From: a virus
Lineage: Duplodnaviria; Caudoviricetes
Reading direction: 5' to 3' (one strand)
DNA: 56,746 nt
Virus record (IMG/VR): IMGVR_UViG_3300031520_000193
Location: 1 to 56,746 of that record
Part shown: piece after piece, positions 28,304-38,329 of the stretch
How the letters are laid out: every line of letters starts with the position of its first letter
Numbering within the stretch: position 1 is the stretch's first letter
The notes under the pieces: generated by a model
Databases searched by the model: none
What the model saw: only the letters and a program-made list of their open reading frames with translations
Told to the model about the DNA's origin: nothing
Made by a program: the position numbers and the translations under genes

Positions 28304-29430
28304 CAGGACACCGTGACGGTGCCGACCTTGAGCACTCCGTTGGCTGCGGGAATGATGTCGACCGCGCCGCCATTCAGGACCAGCCCCGTCGCGTTGGTGA
28401 CCAGCGGCGTCGCATCATAGACGATCTGCAACAGCCGCGACCATGCCAGCGTCGAGCCGACGGGAAGCGTGTTGATATACTGCTTCAACGCCGCCTGGAC
28501 GATGGGGGCGGCGGCACCCTTGTTCGCGGCGTTCGCCGCAGCGATGGTGAGCGCGACGTTCACCGACTGGATGACAGGGCCAAGAACCGCGAAGCGGACG
28601 CCGAGCGGGCGAACCGGATCAATCACGCCGTAGACCTGGCCGATCAGCGAGGGCGGTGGAGCGCCGGTGCCATCGTCGATCAGCACGTAGAAAAAGCCGG
28701 GGTTCGGCGTGCCATCAAGGTTCTGGTTTTCGACGATCGTGTAGGCGACGCCCGGAAAGTTGGTGCCGATCGCATACGCCACCGCCGTGCGAACGGCGCG
28801 CGACAATGAAGCGATCCAGTTGACGAATCGCGCCCGAAACGCCGGGTCGCTCTCGGCATTGCTCCCAGTCGTGAACGGGCTCGGGTTAGTCACCGTGTCG
28901 ACGCCCGGCAACGCCTGCGCCAGCGTGCTGATCTGACCCGCCAGCGCATTCGCTCTCGCGCCGGGCGTCAGTGCCGCGACCGGGATTGGAAATGAAACCG
29001 CCCCTGGTGGGATGGTGTAGCCACCTAGCGTGGCCGAGTAAGCGGCGTTGGTCGGGTCATCCGTCACTTGGTAATTATTCGCGCCGTCCCCGGTCTCCAC
29101 CTGCGCTGTGATCGGTACGAACGCGGAAGTCGTCGCAGTGAAGCGCGCGAAGGTGACGGTGCCGGTCGCCCTGGTCGCCACCAGCCGCGGAAAGTCGAAG
29201 TCGGCCATCCAGCTATCAAGGTCGATCCCTTGCGACGTTCCCGCCCGCGTCAGCCCAAGTACGGCGAGGATCAAGCCTTGAAGCCAAAGGATCAGCGCCG
29301 CCGTGGACTCCGCGACCGCGCGCAGTATTGACCCTACGCCAAAATCAATCAGTGACCGGGACGACGCTCCTTGCACCGTTGAGGCCTGTTCCGCGACCAG
29401 CGCGTCGAAGTCCCTGATGTCTAACGGCAT
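28303..29430 (-). CDS. Baseplate J protein, module A
   Basis: GSILRAV.E, ATGTVTF.R, ESDPAFRARF. Confidence 0.9.
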   Translation of the reverse strand: MPLDIRDFDALVAEQASTVQGASSRSLIDFGVGSILRAVAESTAALILWLQGLILAVLGLTRAGTSQGIDLDSWMADFDFPRLVATRATGTVTFARFTATTSAFVPITAQVETGDGANNYQVTDDPTNAAYSATLGGYTIPPGAVSFPIPVAALTPGARANALAGQISTLAQALPGVDTVTNPSPFTTGSNAESDPAFRARFVNWIASLSRAVRTAVAYAIGTNFPGVAYTIVENQNLDGTPNPGFFYVLIDDGTGAPPPSLIGQVYGVIDPVRPLGVRFAVLGPVIQSVNVALTIAAANAANKGAAAPIVQAALKQYINTLPVGSTLAWSRLLQIVYDATPLVTNATGLVLNGGAVDIIPAANGVLKVGTVTVS

Positions 29431-29439
29431 AGACGGTTC

Positions 29440-29823
29440 CTACCGGTTGACATTGAAGCTGAGCGTGGCGGGCTGGCCCGTTGGCGCATCGGTGTAGGCG
29501 ATCGACACCGAAAACCCGCCGCCTGCCGTGTTGGGAATGGGCACGATGCTGATCACCGGCTCAGGTTTTCGCGACACCGCGTCCTCCAGCAAGACCTGCC
29601 CCCGGATAAGTGCGGTCAGCGCCGGTATTTCCGCCAAGCGTCCGATCCATGCCGGGAGGCCTGCGCCGTAGTCGGGGTGGAACGGCAGTTCGCCCGGGTT
29701 GGTCATCAGCCGGCGGAGGATGCGCTGTTGCCCCCGGATGGTTGTCGTCACCGTCACTAAATCGCCCGACGACGTGCTGGAGAGATCGCCGCCGACGTAA
29801 TGTGACAGGTCGGCCAGCAGCAT
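29440..29823 (-). CDS. Baseplate gp25/W-like protein, module A
   Basis: QQRILRRLMTNPG...HPDYGAGL. Confidence 0.88.
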   Translation of the reverse strand: MLLADLSHYVGGDLSSTSSGDLVTVTTTIRGQQRILRRLMTNPGELPFHPDYGAGLPAWIGRLAEIPALTALIRGQVLLEDAVSRKPEPVISIVPIPNTAGGGFSVSIAYTDAPTGQPATLSFNVNR

Positions 29824-29835
29824 TGCGAAGGCTCC

Positions 29836-30402
29836 TTACTGGGGCAGGCCGCTCGTTCCGGTGCCCGGCTGCACGGCGCTATGCTTGTGAGTGTGAAGGC
29901 TGATCGTCCCCGCCTTTACGTCGCCCTGAGCCATCACACTGCCGCTGACGACGACGTTGCCCGTAATCGTGACGTTGCCATCATTGGTAAGCGCGAGCAC
30001 CGCTCCCGCCGGATCGGCGAGCGTGATCCTGCCGTCGTTGGTCAGCTTTACCGACGCCCCGGATTTATGGACCAGCCATGCCTCACCTGAGGGAGTAGGA
30101 AGCGGACGGTCAGCATCGTTGAAAAAGCGCCAGCCTGCCGTTCCCGCGCCGCCGTTCGCTTCCTGAAACTCGACCTCGATCGCGTCCCCTACCGACGGCG
30201 CGAGGTGCAGGCCCCAGCCGTTCCCGATCCATGCCGACTTGAGTGGAAGCCATCCGGTCAATGTACCGTCTGGTTGCAGCGCGACCTTCACCGCGTGGGC
30301 GTTCGGATCGTAGCTCGTGATCGTGCCGTGTCGCGTGCGTGCCCGTGATTGGTCGGCCATCCCTGCGCGGGCGGCGACTAGGTTCATCAAGCCGTCAATC
30401 AT
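29836..30402 (-). CDS. Baseplate spike gpV, module A
   Basis: TGWLP..W.GNGWG, ISLHTHKH metal-binding tip. Confidence 0.9.
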   Translation of the reverse strand: MIDGLMNLVAARAGMADQSRARTRHGTITSYDPNAHAVKVALQPDGTLTGWLPLKSAWIGNGWGLHLAPSVGDAIEVEFQEANGGAGTAGWRFFNDADRPLPTPSGEAWLVHKSGASVKLTNDGRITLADPAGAVLALTNDGNVTITGNVVVSGSVMAQGDVKAGTISLHTHKHSAVQPGTGTSGLPQ

Positions 30403-31495
30403 TGGCCTTGCCCGCCTCGACACTATCCGACTGGTTCTTGGCCGAGAACGTCATCCGATACCCTTCCGACACCGACAATGAGCGCTTCACGCTGTCCGGA
30501 TAGTAGACCTGATCAAACGTCGTGCCCGTGCCTTGTACCGTCACCGTCTTGTTACAGTTCAACAGCGCGTCGCCGGGCAGTTCGGCTTCCAGCTTCACCA
30601 TGTGGGCGGCTATCTGCGCGTAAAGGTTTTGTGCGCGTTTTTGAGCTTGATCCGGGGTGAGGCCCGCAATGGTGTAACGGTAGACTTGGGGACTCTCCGA
30701 ACCGCCCGGCTTAACCGCCTTTGGTGCCTTCGGCCATGACTGAGTGAATGATTTCTTCTGCTTCGCATTCCATGATCGAACCTCGACAGACACGCCTTTG
30801 ACTATGGTGAGGTCGCGCGTAAACTTGAGCGAGTTTAGGTCGGCTTGCTTGGATTGCGTCGCGGTCGGCGGTGTCCACACTATCGGGTAGTCACCCGCCG
30901 TCGTATTACTCGGCTCGAAGTGAAGTTCATGCCCTCTCACATAGACCGTGTAATCTTCAGCCGCCGCTAGCCGGGTAAGCAGTTCCCATTCGGACTGCTC
31001 CTGCGTCACATCGGCATGATCGATCTGGTAATACTCGCCTGCCTTTATCTTGGTCGGCACAACGACCGGAGTAAGCCCGTGGCGTCCGGCCAGCGTTTGC
31101 GCGATTTGCGAAGCGGTCTGGTTAGCGAAATGCTCGCTAGTCTTCGTGTCGATCAGAAGCGCGGTCAGGTCTCTTCCACTTAACTCAACGGTATTCGCGG
31201 CGGGATCATAGTCCAGCTCGTCCACCCGACCGGTCAGCAACAGGTCGCCCGATTGCGGCGCATACCCCTCGGGATTGCGAGGCGTTTCGGTCATGTAAAC
31301 CTCAACCTCAATAGTGGTTTGCGAGGCCAGCCATGAAACGTTCCGTTTCTTGGGCAACGCGTCGGCGATCAAGACAACCCGGAACGTATCGGCGCTGCGA
31401 TGGACGTTGTTGTCGACCTCCACCGAGTCCCAGCTCGTGATGTTAATGCCCGCCAGCTTCACCGCGCCGCGTGGCGCGCGCGCTTCCGCCTTCAT
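30395..31495 (-). CDS. Baseplate hub (gpD-like), module A
   Basis: ADTF, LSGRDLTALLID, SEWELL. Confidence 0.87.
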   Translation of the reverse strand: MKAEARAPRGAVKLAGINITSWDSVEVDNNVHRSADTFRVVLIADALPKKRNVSWLASQTTIEVEVYMTETPRNPEGYAPQSGDLLLTGRVDELDYDPAANTVELSGRDLTALLIDTKTSEHFANQTASQIAQTLAGRHGLTPVVVPTKIKAGEYYQIDHADVTQEQSEWELLTRLAAAEDYTVYVRGHELHFEPSNTTAGDYPIVWTPPTATQSKQADLNSLKFTRDLTIVKGVSVEVRSWNAKQKKSFTQSWPKAPKAVKPGGSESPQVYRYTIAGLTPDQAQKRAQNLYAQIAAHMVKLEAELPGDALLNCNKTVTVQGTGTTFDQVYYPDSVKRSLSVSEGYRMTFSAKNQSDSVEAGKAND

Positions 31496-32409
31496 GCCAG
31501 GACGCCGCCCGTCGATACCGGGTTGGGTGGCACGACCAACGTCATCGGGCCTGGCAACACCGGATCGCGAAGCCCATTTGCTGTCGCCAGCGCCGTCCAG
31601 AGCCGAGCGTCGCCGTATTGATGAACCGCCACGTCGAACAGCGTTCCGCCCGAAACGTCCACAACGGTGCCGCCTCGCGTCGCCGCGCCGAAGTTCACGC
31701 CGATCCGCCCCAGCAGGCCGTTGAGTTCGACGAGTGGTCCTTGCGTCGTCACGCCCGAGGTCAGCGCCGGTAGCGCCGTCGGGCCGATTCCAGCAGCGCG
31801 GATGCCAGCGCCCGTCGTGGCGATCAGCGCCGTCACGCGAGCGTGTGCCGCCTGCAGTGGACCAGCGACAGCGGCTACGACCGAGTTTCTGGCGACGGCG
31901 AGCGTCCCGGCGGATGCGATTGAGCCGGCAAGGCTGTTCATCAGCCCGGTCAGCACGGGGTCATTCACATCCGCTGCGAGATCGGCGGCGGCCGTCACAT
32001 CGTCGCTGATCAGGCCGTCAATCGTTGGGAGCGCGATACCGGACACTGGCGCGGTGTCGTCGGTGATCGTCTCAAGCGTGATGTGGTACGGGATGCGGTT
32101 CGCGCGCCGAAAGTCGGCATGGAAGGCGGACACCACCACGGTGAACGCGAGTTCGGACCATGTCAGCGACAGTGCTTTGCCATCGCGACGCAGGCCATCA
32201 ACGTAGCGCGCCCGGTCAAGTGCGCTTGACCCGGTGAAGGTACCCGTCCATTCGATCGTCGGTGGAGCTTGGCCGAGCATGTCGATGACCCGCTTGCCGC
32301 CGATCAACTCATGCCGAACGATCTTGTGCTCGCCACCGAACGGAATGCTGTCCGGGACCTCGAAACCCGAAAACTCGAAGTCACCGAGCAGCAGCGGGAA
32401 GTCGGTCAT
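31492..32409 (-). CDS. Tail tube initiator (gpU-like) with LysM-like C-terminus, module A
   Basis: FEVP..I.FGG..H.LIGG.R.ID; TLF.VA...YGD...W..LA.ANGL.DP. Confidence 0.85.
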   Translation of the reverse strand: MTDFPLLLGDFEFSGFEVPDSIPFGGEHKIVRHELIGGKRVIDMLGQAPPTIEWTGTFTGSSALDRARYVDGLRRDGKALSLTWSELAFTVVVSAFHADFRRANRIPYHITLETITDDTAPVSGIALPTIDGLISDDVTAAADLAADVNDPVLTGLMNSLAGSIASAGTLAVARNSVVAAVAGPLQAAHARVTALIATTGAGIRAAGIGPTALPALTSGVTTQGPLVELNGLLGRIGVNFGAATRGGTVVDVSGGTLFDVAVHQYGDARLWTALATANGLRDPVLPGPMTLVVPPNPVSTGGVLA

Positions 32410-34391
32410 CGCATTACGCCCATGCCGACCGGCGGCTTGCCGTAGCTGAAGTCCACGCCGCCCATGCCGCGTTGTGTCTGTCCGGTTTTGGTCTGATGCC
32501 TAGACACGGCCTGGGCGACCTTTCGTCCGTCCATATTGACCGTGGTATGCACCTGCATCGGACGACCGCCGCCGGGCTGTACCACGTTCCTAGGCTTTCC
32601 TTGAGCGGCGGCGTCCCTAGCCGCCAATGCCACTTCCATCCTGTCCGCGAAGGTGGTTTTTCCTATTTGCAATGCGGTCGGCAGGATCGTGTTCACCCCG
32701 GCGATGATGGTATTGAACAACGTCTGGAAGCCCCGAACCAGCACCAGCGAGAAGTGCCCGAGCGCGCCGAGAATGTCACCGTTGAACAAGGCCATGAACC
32801 CGGCCTTTATGTCGGTCCACGACTTGATGAGCGATCCCTTGATCTCGCTCCAGTTGTTCCAAATAAGCAGGCCAACACCGACGATTAGCGCTCCAGTCAA
32901 GCCAAAAACTCCGGCGATAACGCGCAGCCCGCTAAGGAGGTAGGGAAGCGCCGCGACGACAATGCGAACCGCGCCGCCCGCCAAGCCGAACAGGCGTCCG
33001 AGCATCAGAAGCCGCGCACCGGCCGTGACGAGAAGCGCCGATCCTCCAAGGATGGCTAGAACGGAAACAAGCGCGAGGCCACCTACCGCGAACTTGGTCA
33101 GCAGCGGGTGCGCGCGCGCGAACACCGTCATTCGCCCGATCGCCTTTCCCATCAGGTCAACCGCCTTGGTGGCGAAGTCCAGAACCCCGCCGTCTCGGCC
33201 TAGAACGAGCAAGAACGAGTGCCACTTGGCAGTCAGGATCGCTTGCTTGCCCGCATAGGTTTTCTCGACGCTCTCGACGCTCTGGTCGATGCCTTGCGAC
33301 TTGTTAAACGCAAGCCGCGACCGAAGAATGGTCGGAAGCTGGCGGTCGATGCGCTGGAACAGGTCGCCGCCGGTTCGTCCGAACAGCAGCGTATTCTCTC
33401 GCGCCCGGTCCATCGTCGAAAGGTGGCGGGCCTGATAGTTGGGCAGGACGTACTTACGGTAGTAGTCCACCGGGGCGGAGCCGAACAGTTCCGCGTGCTT
33501 GAGCGGGTTGCGGAAATACTCCTTCACACCGCCTTGCTTGGTCCGGGAGAACGCGCCGCTGTCCCATAGGCCCAGCTTCAGATACTCGTTCACCCCCGCT
33601 ACCGGCATCTTCATCGTCGTGCCCGTGGCGCGACCGAACGCCGTCATCAGTCCGACGCCCGCGCTTCCCTTCAACTCACCGATGAGTGGCTCGAAGTCGG
33701 CGAACAGCGATCGTCCGCTTAGTCCCTGCCCAGCGATACCCGCGCGGGCCATGAAGTTGCGATAGAGTCCCCAGTTGACGTTGCCGCCCGAGCCCTGGAT
33801 CGCCTTGAACCCGGCGTCCGCGAGCTGGTTGAACTTGGCGGCGGAGTTGAGCCCTCCCGCCAGCTCAACAAAGCGGAGCATGTCCTTTTCTTGCACCTCG
33901 CGAAGCCCCCGCGAGTGCTCGTCTAGGCCTTTTGACGCGAACGCGATTTTTGCGAGCAGCGGTGACGCGAGCTTCGCGCCTTCAAGCTGCTTCCCGACGG
34001 TCAGATTGCCCGACTCGCGAAACACGCCTTGAGCCTCGACGAAGTAGCGCATCATGTCGTTCGTTGACGCGCCCTGGATATCCGCCGCCTCGACGAACTT
34101 CTTGGCCTGCGCCAGCGCGACATCGCCCATGCCGAACTGACGGAAGCGGGCGACCAGAGTTTCGTATTCCTGGGCCTGCTCCAGCGGCTTCTTGAGCAGG
34201 TCAAGGCCGACCATGCCGGCTCCGACCAACGCACCCCCGGCAATCGCCATCTTGCCGATGCTGTGCAGCCGCCCGTTCAGCGCCTTGGCGTCAACGTCCG
34301 TGCGCCGCAGTGCACCCGAGATCATCGCGAGACCGCGCGTCGCGTTTTCGATTAGGTGGAGGCGAATCGCAACGCTATAATCGCCCGCCAT
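32406..34391 (-). CDS. Tape measure protein, module A
   Basis: Long helical Ala/Gly-rich ORF with TM segments; YSVAIRL start; position before baseplate genes. Confidence 0.85.
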   Translation of the reverse strand: MAGDYSVAIRLHLIENATRGLAMISGALRRTDVDAKALNGRLHSIGKMAIAGGALVGAGMVGLDLLKKPLEQAQEYETLVARFRQFGMGDVALAQAKKFVEAADIQGASTNDMMRYFVEAQGVFRESGNLTVGKQLEGAKLASPLLAKIAFASKGLDEHSRGLREVQEKDMLRFVELAGGLNSAAKFNQLADAGFKAIQGSGGNVNWGLYRNFMARAGIAGQGLSGRSLFADFEPLIGELKGSAGVGLMTAFGRATGTTMKMPVAGVNEYLKLGLWDSGAFSRTKQGGVKEYFRNPLKHAELFGSAPVDYYRKYVLPNYQARHLSTMDRARENTLLFGRTGGDLFQRIDRQLPTILRSRLAFNKSQGIDQSVESVEKTYAGKQAILTAKWHSFLLVLGRDGGVLDFATKAVDLMGKAIGRMTVFARAHPLLTKFAVGGLALVSVLAILGGSALLVTAGARLLMLGRLFGLAGGAVRIVVAALPYLLSGLRVIAGVFGLTGALIVGVGLLIWNNWSEIKGSLIKSWTDIKAGFMALFNGDILGALGHFSLVLVRGFQTLFNTIIAGVNTILPTALQIGKTTFADRMEVALAARDAAAQGKPRNVVQPGGGRPMQVHTTVNMDGRKVAQAVSRHQTKTGQTQRGMGGVDFSYGKPPVGMGVMR

Positions 34392-34611
34392 GCGAACCCT
34401 CCGTAAGCTGCAACTGTGGGCCGCCGAGCGCGACTCACGCTTTGATCAACCTGGGATTTACCGTCGACCGCCCCGCGATGAGGCGCCCAAGGCATCGCCG
34501 ATCGACCGGCTGCTGATCGGGTTTGCAGGACTGGTCCTGCTTTTATTCGGGATGTTCGGGATGCTGGCCGCGCTGTTCGTGCTCTGGGCCATCTTGGCCA
34601 CGATCTTTTAG
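34390..34611 (+). CDS. Small membrane protein (moron)
   Basis: C-terminal hydrophobic helices; TATAAT 8 nt upstream of ATG. Confidence 0.5.
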   Translation: MRTLRKLQLWAAERDSRFDQPGIYRRPPRDEAPKASPIDRLLIGFAGLVLLLFGMFGMLAALFVLWAILATIF

Positions 34612-34766
34612 ATGAACTCGGAAAGGCGGTCGCCAAATGAAGTCTACTGACGACGAAGTGCGAGAGCGAAAGCATTTGGCCGCAGGCTGCTTGACCGCCC
34701 TAATCGGGGCTGGAATTATCACGTATTGCTCGTCGCGACCAAGCGCCTCGCCAAAACAGGATGACG

Positions 34767-35030
34767 CTACCCCGCGATCCCACCGTGATGCGAGCACGTC
34801 CCGCTCCGGTGCTCACTGAAGCTCCACGTTCCGTCGCCGCAATGCGCGGTCGCGCCAACCGGGCGGCGCGATGCACGCGCGGGGCGGTGAACCCGATGGC
34901 CGGAGACGTTTGTGTAGAAGTCGGACTCGCTACCATAGGTTTCATAAACGTGATGGTGGGCGTGCCGACGCGCCTCCGCGCCGGTCGCGGACAAGCCCAG
35001 CGCCAGCGCGGCAATCAGGAACAGCTTCAT
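34767..35030 (-). CDS. DUF3761 secreted protein
   Basis: Signal peptide; GATAHCGDGTWSFS.HRSGTCSHHGG. Confidence 0.85.
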   Translation of the reverse strand: MKLFLIAALALGLSATGAEARRHAHHHVYETYGSESDFYTNVSGHRVHRPARASRRPVGATAHCGDGTWSFSEHRSGTCSHHGGIAG

Positions 35031-35059
35031 GGTTCGTCTCCCGAGTCGAGCGGGGGAGA

Positions 35060-35551
35060 CTAGCCGATATCCCGATCATACCCCAACGACCGATGCACCG
35101 CCGTTCCATCGCCGAGCATAGCACCCGCCATCGCCTTGCCGATCGTGTCTTTGATGAACTCCTCGTTCCGGTCCAAGGCGGGACCAAGCACTGGGCGGGG
35201 CGGGATGCGCGAGGTGCCGAACTCATGGTATGGCATGATCTCGCTGGTTGATCCGATCACCGCTTCCGCGCCGTGCGTCTCGTGCTCAATGCTGTCGCGA
35301 AGGGTGCCTTCCCGAAGCAACGGTTCATCTTCCGAATAGCCGAGCGCGACGCGCTGTTCCTTGGTCGACTCCGCCAGCTCGGCCCATGCCGGAAAAGGGC
35401 CGGTCGCGTCCTGATACGAGCCAAACTCGCTTTTCGCGGTGTCCTCGATCCGTTGAGCGCACTTCTCCAGCGCGCCTTCCCCGGCCTCGTGGACGGCCAA
35501 TGCCGCGAACGCGAGCCGCTCCACTAGCCCGAGAAGCCCGATCTCCGACAT
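35060..35551 (-). CDS. HK97 gp10-like tail completion protein, module A
   Basis: W.ELAESTK, PLLR.G.LRDSI, EFGTSRIPPRPVLGPA. Confidence 0.85.
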   Translation of the reverse strand: MSEIGLLGLVERLAFAALAVHEAGEGALEKCAQRIEDTAKSEFGSYQDATGPFPAWAELAESTKEQRVALGYSEDEPLLREGTLRDSIEHETHGAEAVIGSTSEIMPYHEFGTSRIPPRPVLGPALDRNEEFIKDTIGKAMAGAMLGDGTAVHRSLGYDRDIG

Positions 35552-35737
35552 TCAATCCTCCGAAGGCTCGACGAACCTCATCGCGTCCCGATCAAACTTC
35601 GCACCCGTGAACTCGCTGAATGTAATCGCCATGGCCGCGCGCATCGTGTTCTCCACGCCGAACGCCACTTCAAGCGGAATGCCATTGTGGACCAGCCAAA
35701 GCGCCTCGCGCAGTGAATGGTCCTCTAGAAGTTTTTT
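35552..35737 (-). CDS. Tail chaperone -1 frameshift extension (gpT-like), module A
   Basis: A AAA AAC slip into LLEDHSLREALWLVHNGIPLEVAF...FDRDAMRF frame. Confidence 0.75.
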   Translation of the reverse strand, partial: KKLLEDHSLREALWLVHNGIPLEVAFGVENTMRAAMAITFSEFTGAKFDRDAMRFVEPSED

Positions 35738-36075
35738 AGGCCCTCATCCCCGTCATCCTTGGGCATGAAATGCTCGACAAGGCCGCGCTGCGCCGCTTCG
35801 TTACCGTCGTCTCCGAGCCTGGCATAGAGCGCGCGCAGTTCTGCTTCGGTGCTCGGGGTCGGCACAACCGCCCCGTCGATGGCGACCACGTATTTGAGGT
35901 GCGCGACTTCCGACAGGTACAGCATGTTGACCTGCCCACCACCCGCCGCCTTGGCGAAGTCTAGGTTGGCGAGCGGGTTCGGCTTCGCGAGCTTGATCAC
36001 GCGGCCCTGCCCGTCCGTGACCTCGACCTCCTTGCGCCCCGCCGTAAGCTGCGCTGCTACCGTCTGTTCCGCCAC
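35725..36075 (-). CDS. Tail assembly chaperone, module A
   Basis: VTD..GR.I.L.KP, V.AIDG..VP.P; follows the tube gene. Confidence 0.82.
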   Translation of the reverse strand: MAEQTVAAQLTAGRKEVEVTDGQGRVIKLAKPNPLANLDFAKAAGGGQVNMLYLSEVAHLKYVVAIDGAVVPTPSTEAELRALYARLGDDGNEAAQRGLVEHFMPKDDGDEGLKNF

Positions 36076-36086
36076 CGTCTGTCCCC

Positions 36087-36524
36087 TTACGCCAGTTGCA
36101 CGCGACGCGCGGCCATGAAGTCGATCTTCTGCGCGACCGTCTTGTCAGCCGCCCAGTCGCCAGCGTCCGTGTACGTCATGATCACGCCGTCATAGCGAAA
36201 CTGACTGACCCCGCCGCCGCTCGGCTCGGCGATAGTCGTCTGCATCGACGCCGCCGGTTCGTCGAGATTGGCGAAATAGTTCGCTTCAAGCTGCGCGAAA
36301 TAGGCATCCATGTCGGGGCCGGTGCGGTTAACCTCAAAGTTGCCAGACCACCCCTCCCAGAAGCGGAGATGCGCGATAGGCGCGTTGATCGGCTTGACCT
36401 TCTCGTTGGAAGTGTCGGGCTTGGAGACGAACTTCATCACCTTGCCGAGGTTGAGTACCTGGCCGGTTCCGGTGATCACCGTGATGGTGATATCCCGCCC
36501 GAGCGAATAACCCTGCTGCGACAT
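36087..36524 (-). CDS. Tail tube protein, module A
   Basis: YSLGRD, GWSG.F...R, YFAQLEA.YF; follows the sheath gene. Confidence 0.85.
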   Translation of the reverse strand: MSQQGYSLGRDITITVITGTGQVLNLGKVMKFVSKPDTSNEKVKPINAPIAHLRFWEGWSGNFEVNRTGPDMDAYFAQLEANYFANLDEPAASMQTTIAEPSGGGVSQFRYDGVIMTYTDAGDWAADKTVAQKIDFMAARRVQLA

Positions 36525-36537
36525 TCTCTCGCGCTCC

Positions 36538-38085
36538 TTAGGCCGTGGTGACGGGGATGATCGTCACGTTGACGGTCTGGCCGCCCTCGACGTTGACGAG
36601 CAGCTTGGTGATGACGCCGAGGTAGGTAACCCGCACGTCGATCTGCATGTAGCCGAGCGCCACCTGCGACGCCGGATTGTTCGTGGCGTCGCACTTGACC
36701 GAATAGGCCGGAGCCGTCGGCGAGTTCACGTTGCCGATCTGCCTCGCCTGTTGCATCGTTGACAGAAACGCGGAAGTCGTCGCCACCGCTTGGGCGCGAA
36801 CCGTCAGGTTTTGCAGCCGCCCGACGAACTTGCCCATCCCAGCGTTCAGCGTGTAGGCGATATAGTTGGTCAGGCGGGTATAGTTGTCGCCGTTCACCGC
36901 CGCGTTCGATGCGCTGTTCAGTCCAAGGCGCGAGCCGAAGTACGCGCCACCTGGGGCCGGGTTGGCGATCACGTCGATGCCCGCCTGCGCGAGCTGCTGA
37001 AGCTCCGCGCCCGAGTAAGGCGTGCCCGTGGTGCTCCGTTGCGTCCCGAGGATGCCGTAGAGCGGCTTGTTCAGCGCGGATTCCTGCGGAGCCAGCGCTG
37101 ACAACCGCCCCGCGACGAAGCCCTGCGGCGAGATCAGCCGGATGACGCCGTTGACGTTGTCTCGGAACTGACACCAGTCGCCGAACATCAGCTTGGCCGC
37201 GTAGCTGTCCACGCCCACGCTGGCCTTGGTTGTCGCCGCGTTCACGATCGTATCCCCAGCCGGGCCGGTCGCGATCATGTACGTGCCCTCACTTAAGCCA
37301 TAAGCGACCTGAGCGGTGTAGGTAGTCGGATCGTCGCAGTCGGCGAGGAACGCCACCGCCGCGCCCGTGCCACGAAGCGCGTACATGCCACGCCGTGTCG
37401 AGCCCGCGCCATCGACCCCGATCAGCGTCGAGCCGACAACCGCGCCGGTGCCGTCCGTGCCCCCGGCAAGCGCCGTCGTACCCGCCACGGGCGCGGCAAC
37501 ACTCGCGCCCGTTGATGCGACGATGATCTGCGAAGGTCCGCGTAACGGTCCCGCGCCGCTGTTGATCGCGGCGGCGATGGCTGCCCACAGAGCGTTGCCG
37601 GTGAGCCCCAAGCCGATATTGTCGAACACCTCGGGCACGATGCCGGGCAGGCCGATCACGGCCTTCCACGTGCCGCTACGGGCGCCGGTGGCAAGAGTGA
37701 ACTGGACCTGATTTCCGAGCACACCGGTATACCGGCCGGTCACGGTCAGTCCATTGGTGCCAATCGTCGCGGACGCCGCTGTGTCAGTTCCGTCACTCAC
37801 GCGCACCGCCTGGATGGCGTTAGCGCCGTTCAGCGTCGCCGCCCAAATCGCGGTCGCGAGATCATATTTCCGATTGCCGACCGGGCCGAACGTGGCGATA
37901 GCCGAGGCATAGCCAGATATCGTCTGCGGCGCATTCACCGGCCCCCACGATCCGACACCGACGATGCCCAATACGTTCGACGGCACCCCGTTCAGGAAGT
38001 TCTCCTGCGGCGGCACGATCTGGACGTAGAGGTCAGGAACCGTCAGCGCGGTGATGTTGATCGCGCCTTGCTGAACGACAGTCAT
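36538..38085 (-). CDS. Tail sheath protein, module A
   Basis: VPDLYVQI.PP, WGPVNAP, DNYTRLTNYIA, CD.TNNP. Confidence 0.92.
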   Translation of the reverse strand: MTVVQQGAINITALTVPDLYVQIVPPQENFLNGVPSNVLGIVGVGSWGPVNAPQTISGYASAIATFGPVGNRKYDLATAIWAATLNGANAIQAVRVSDGTDTAASATIGTNGLTVTGRYTGVLGNQVQFTLATGARSGTWKAVIGLPGIVPEVFDNIGLGLTGNALWAAIAAAINSGAGPLRGPSQIIVASTGASVAAPVAGTTALAGGTDGTGAVVGSTLIGVDGAGSTRRGMYALRGTGAAVAFLADCDDPTTYTAQVAYGLSEGTYMIATGPAGDTIVNAATTKASVGVDSYAAKLMFGDWCQFRDNVNGVIRLISPQGFVAGRLSALAPQESALNKPLYGILGTQRSTTGTPYSGAELQQLAQAGIDVIANPAPGGAYFGSRLGLNSASNAAVNGDNYTRLTNYIAYTLNAGMGKFVGRLQNLTVRAQAVATTSAFLSTMQQARQIGNVNSPTAPAYSVKCDATNNPASQVALGYMQIDVRVTYLGVITKLLVNVEGGQTVNVTIIPVTTA

Positions 38086-38294
38086 TCGGGCTTCTCCTCG
38101 ATCGCGTCAGAATGGAGCGGAGCGGGCTCGGGAACCGGCGCGGCGCGGTCGTCGACCACGGAAACGATGTACGCGGGATGATCTGCCAGCACGGCATCTT
38201 GTTCGGGTTGGTCAACGATCTGATCGCCGGTCACGAAGCGACCAAACGGTTGTGTGACAACGAGCATCAGCGCGCCTCCTAGATTGTCCGCCAT
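38082..38294 (-). CDS. Small pre-sheath protein, module A
   Basis: LVVTQPF....GD.I.D; ATGA overlap with sheath. Confidence 0.65.
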   Translation of the reverse strand: MADNLGGALMLVVTQPFGRFVTGDQIVDQPEQDAVLADHPAYIVSVVDDRAAPVPEPAPLHSDAIEEKPE

Positions 38295-38329
38295 CAGGCG
38301 AAGTTGATCTGGTTACCGGTCAGGTCGAA

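Noticed and set aside
35060-35551. gp10-like gene displaced between the chaperone and tape measure genes
   Set aside because: Order variation of this kind is ordinary in phage tail operons, and the gene is intact and coupled
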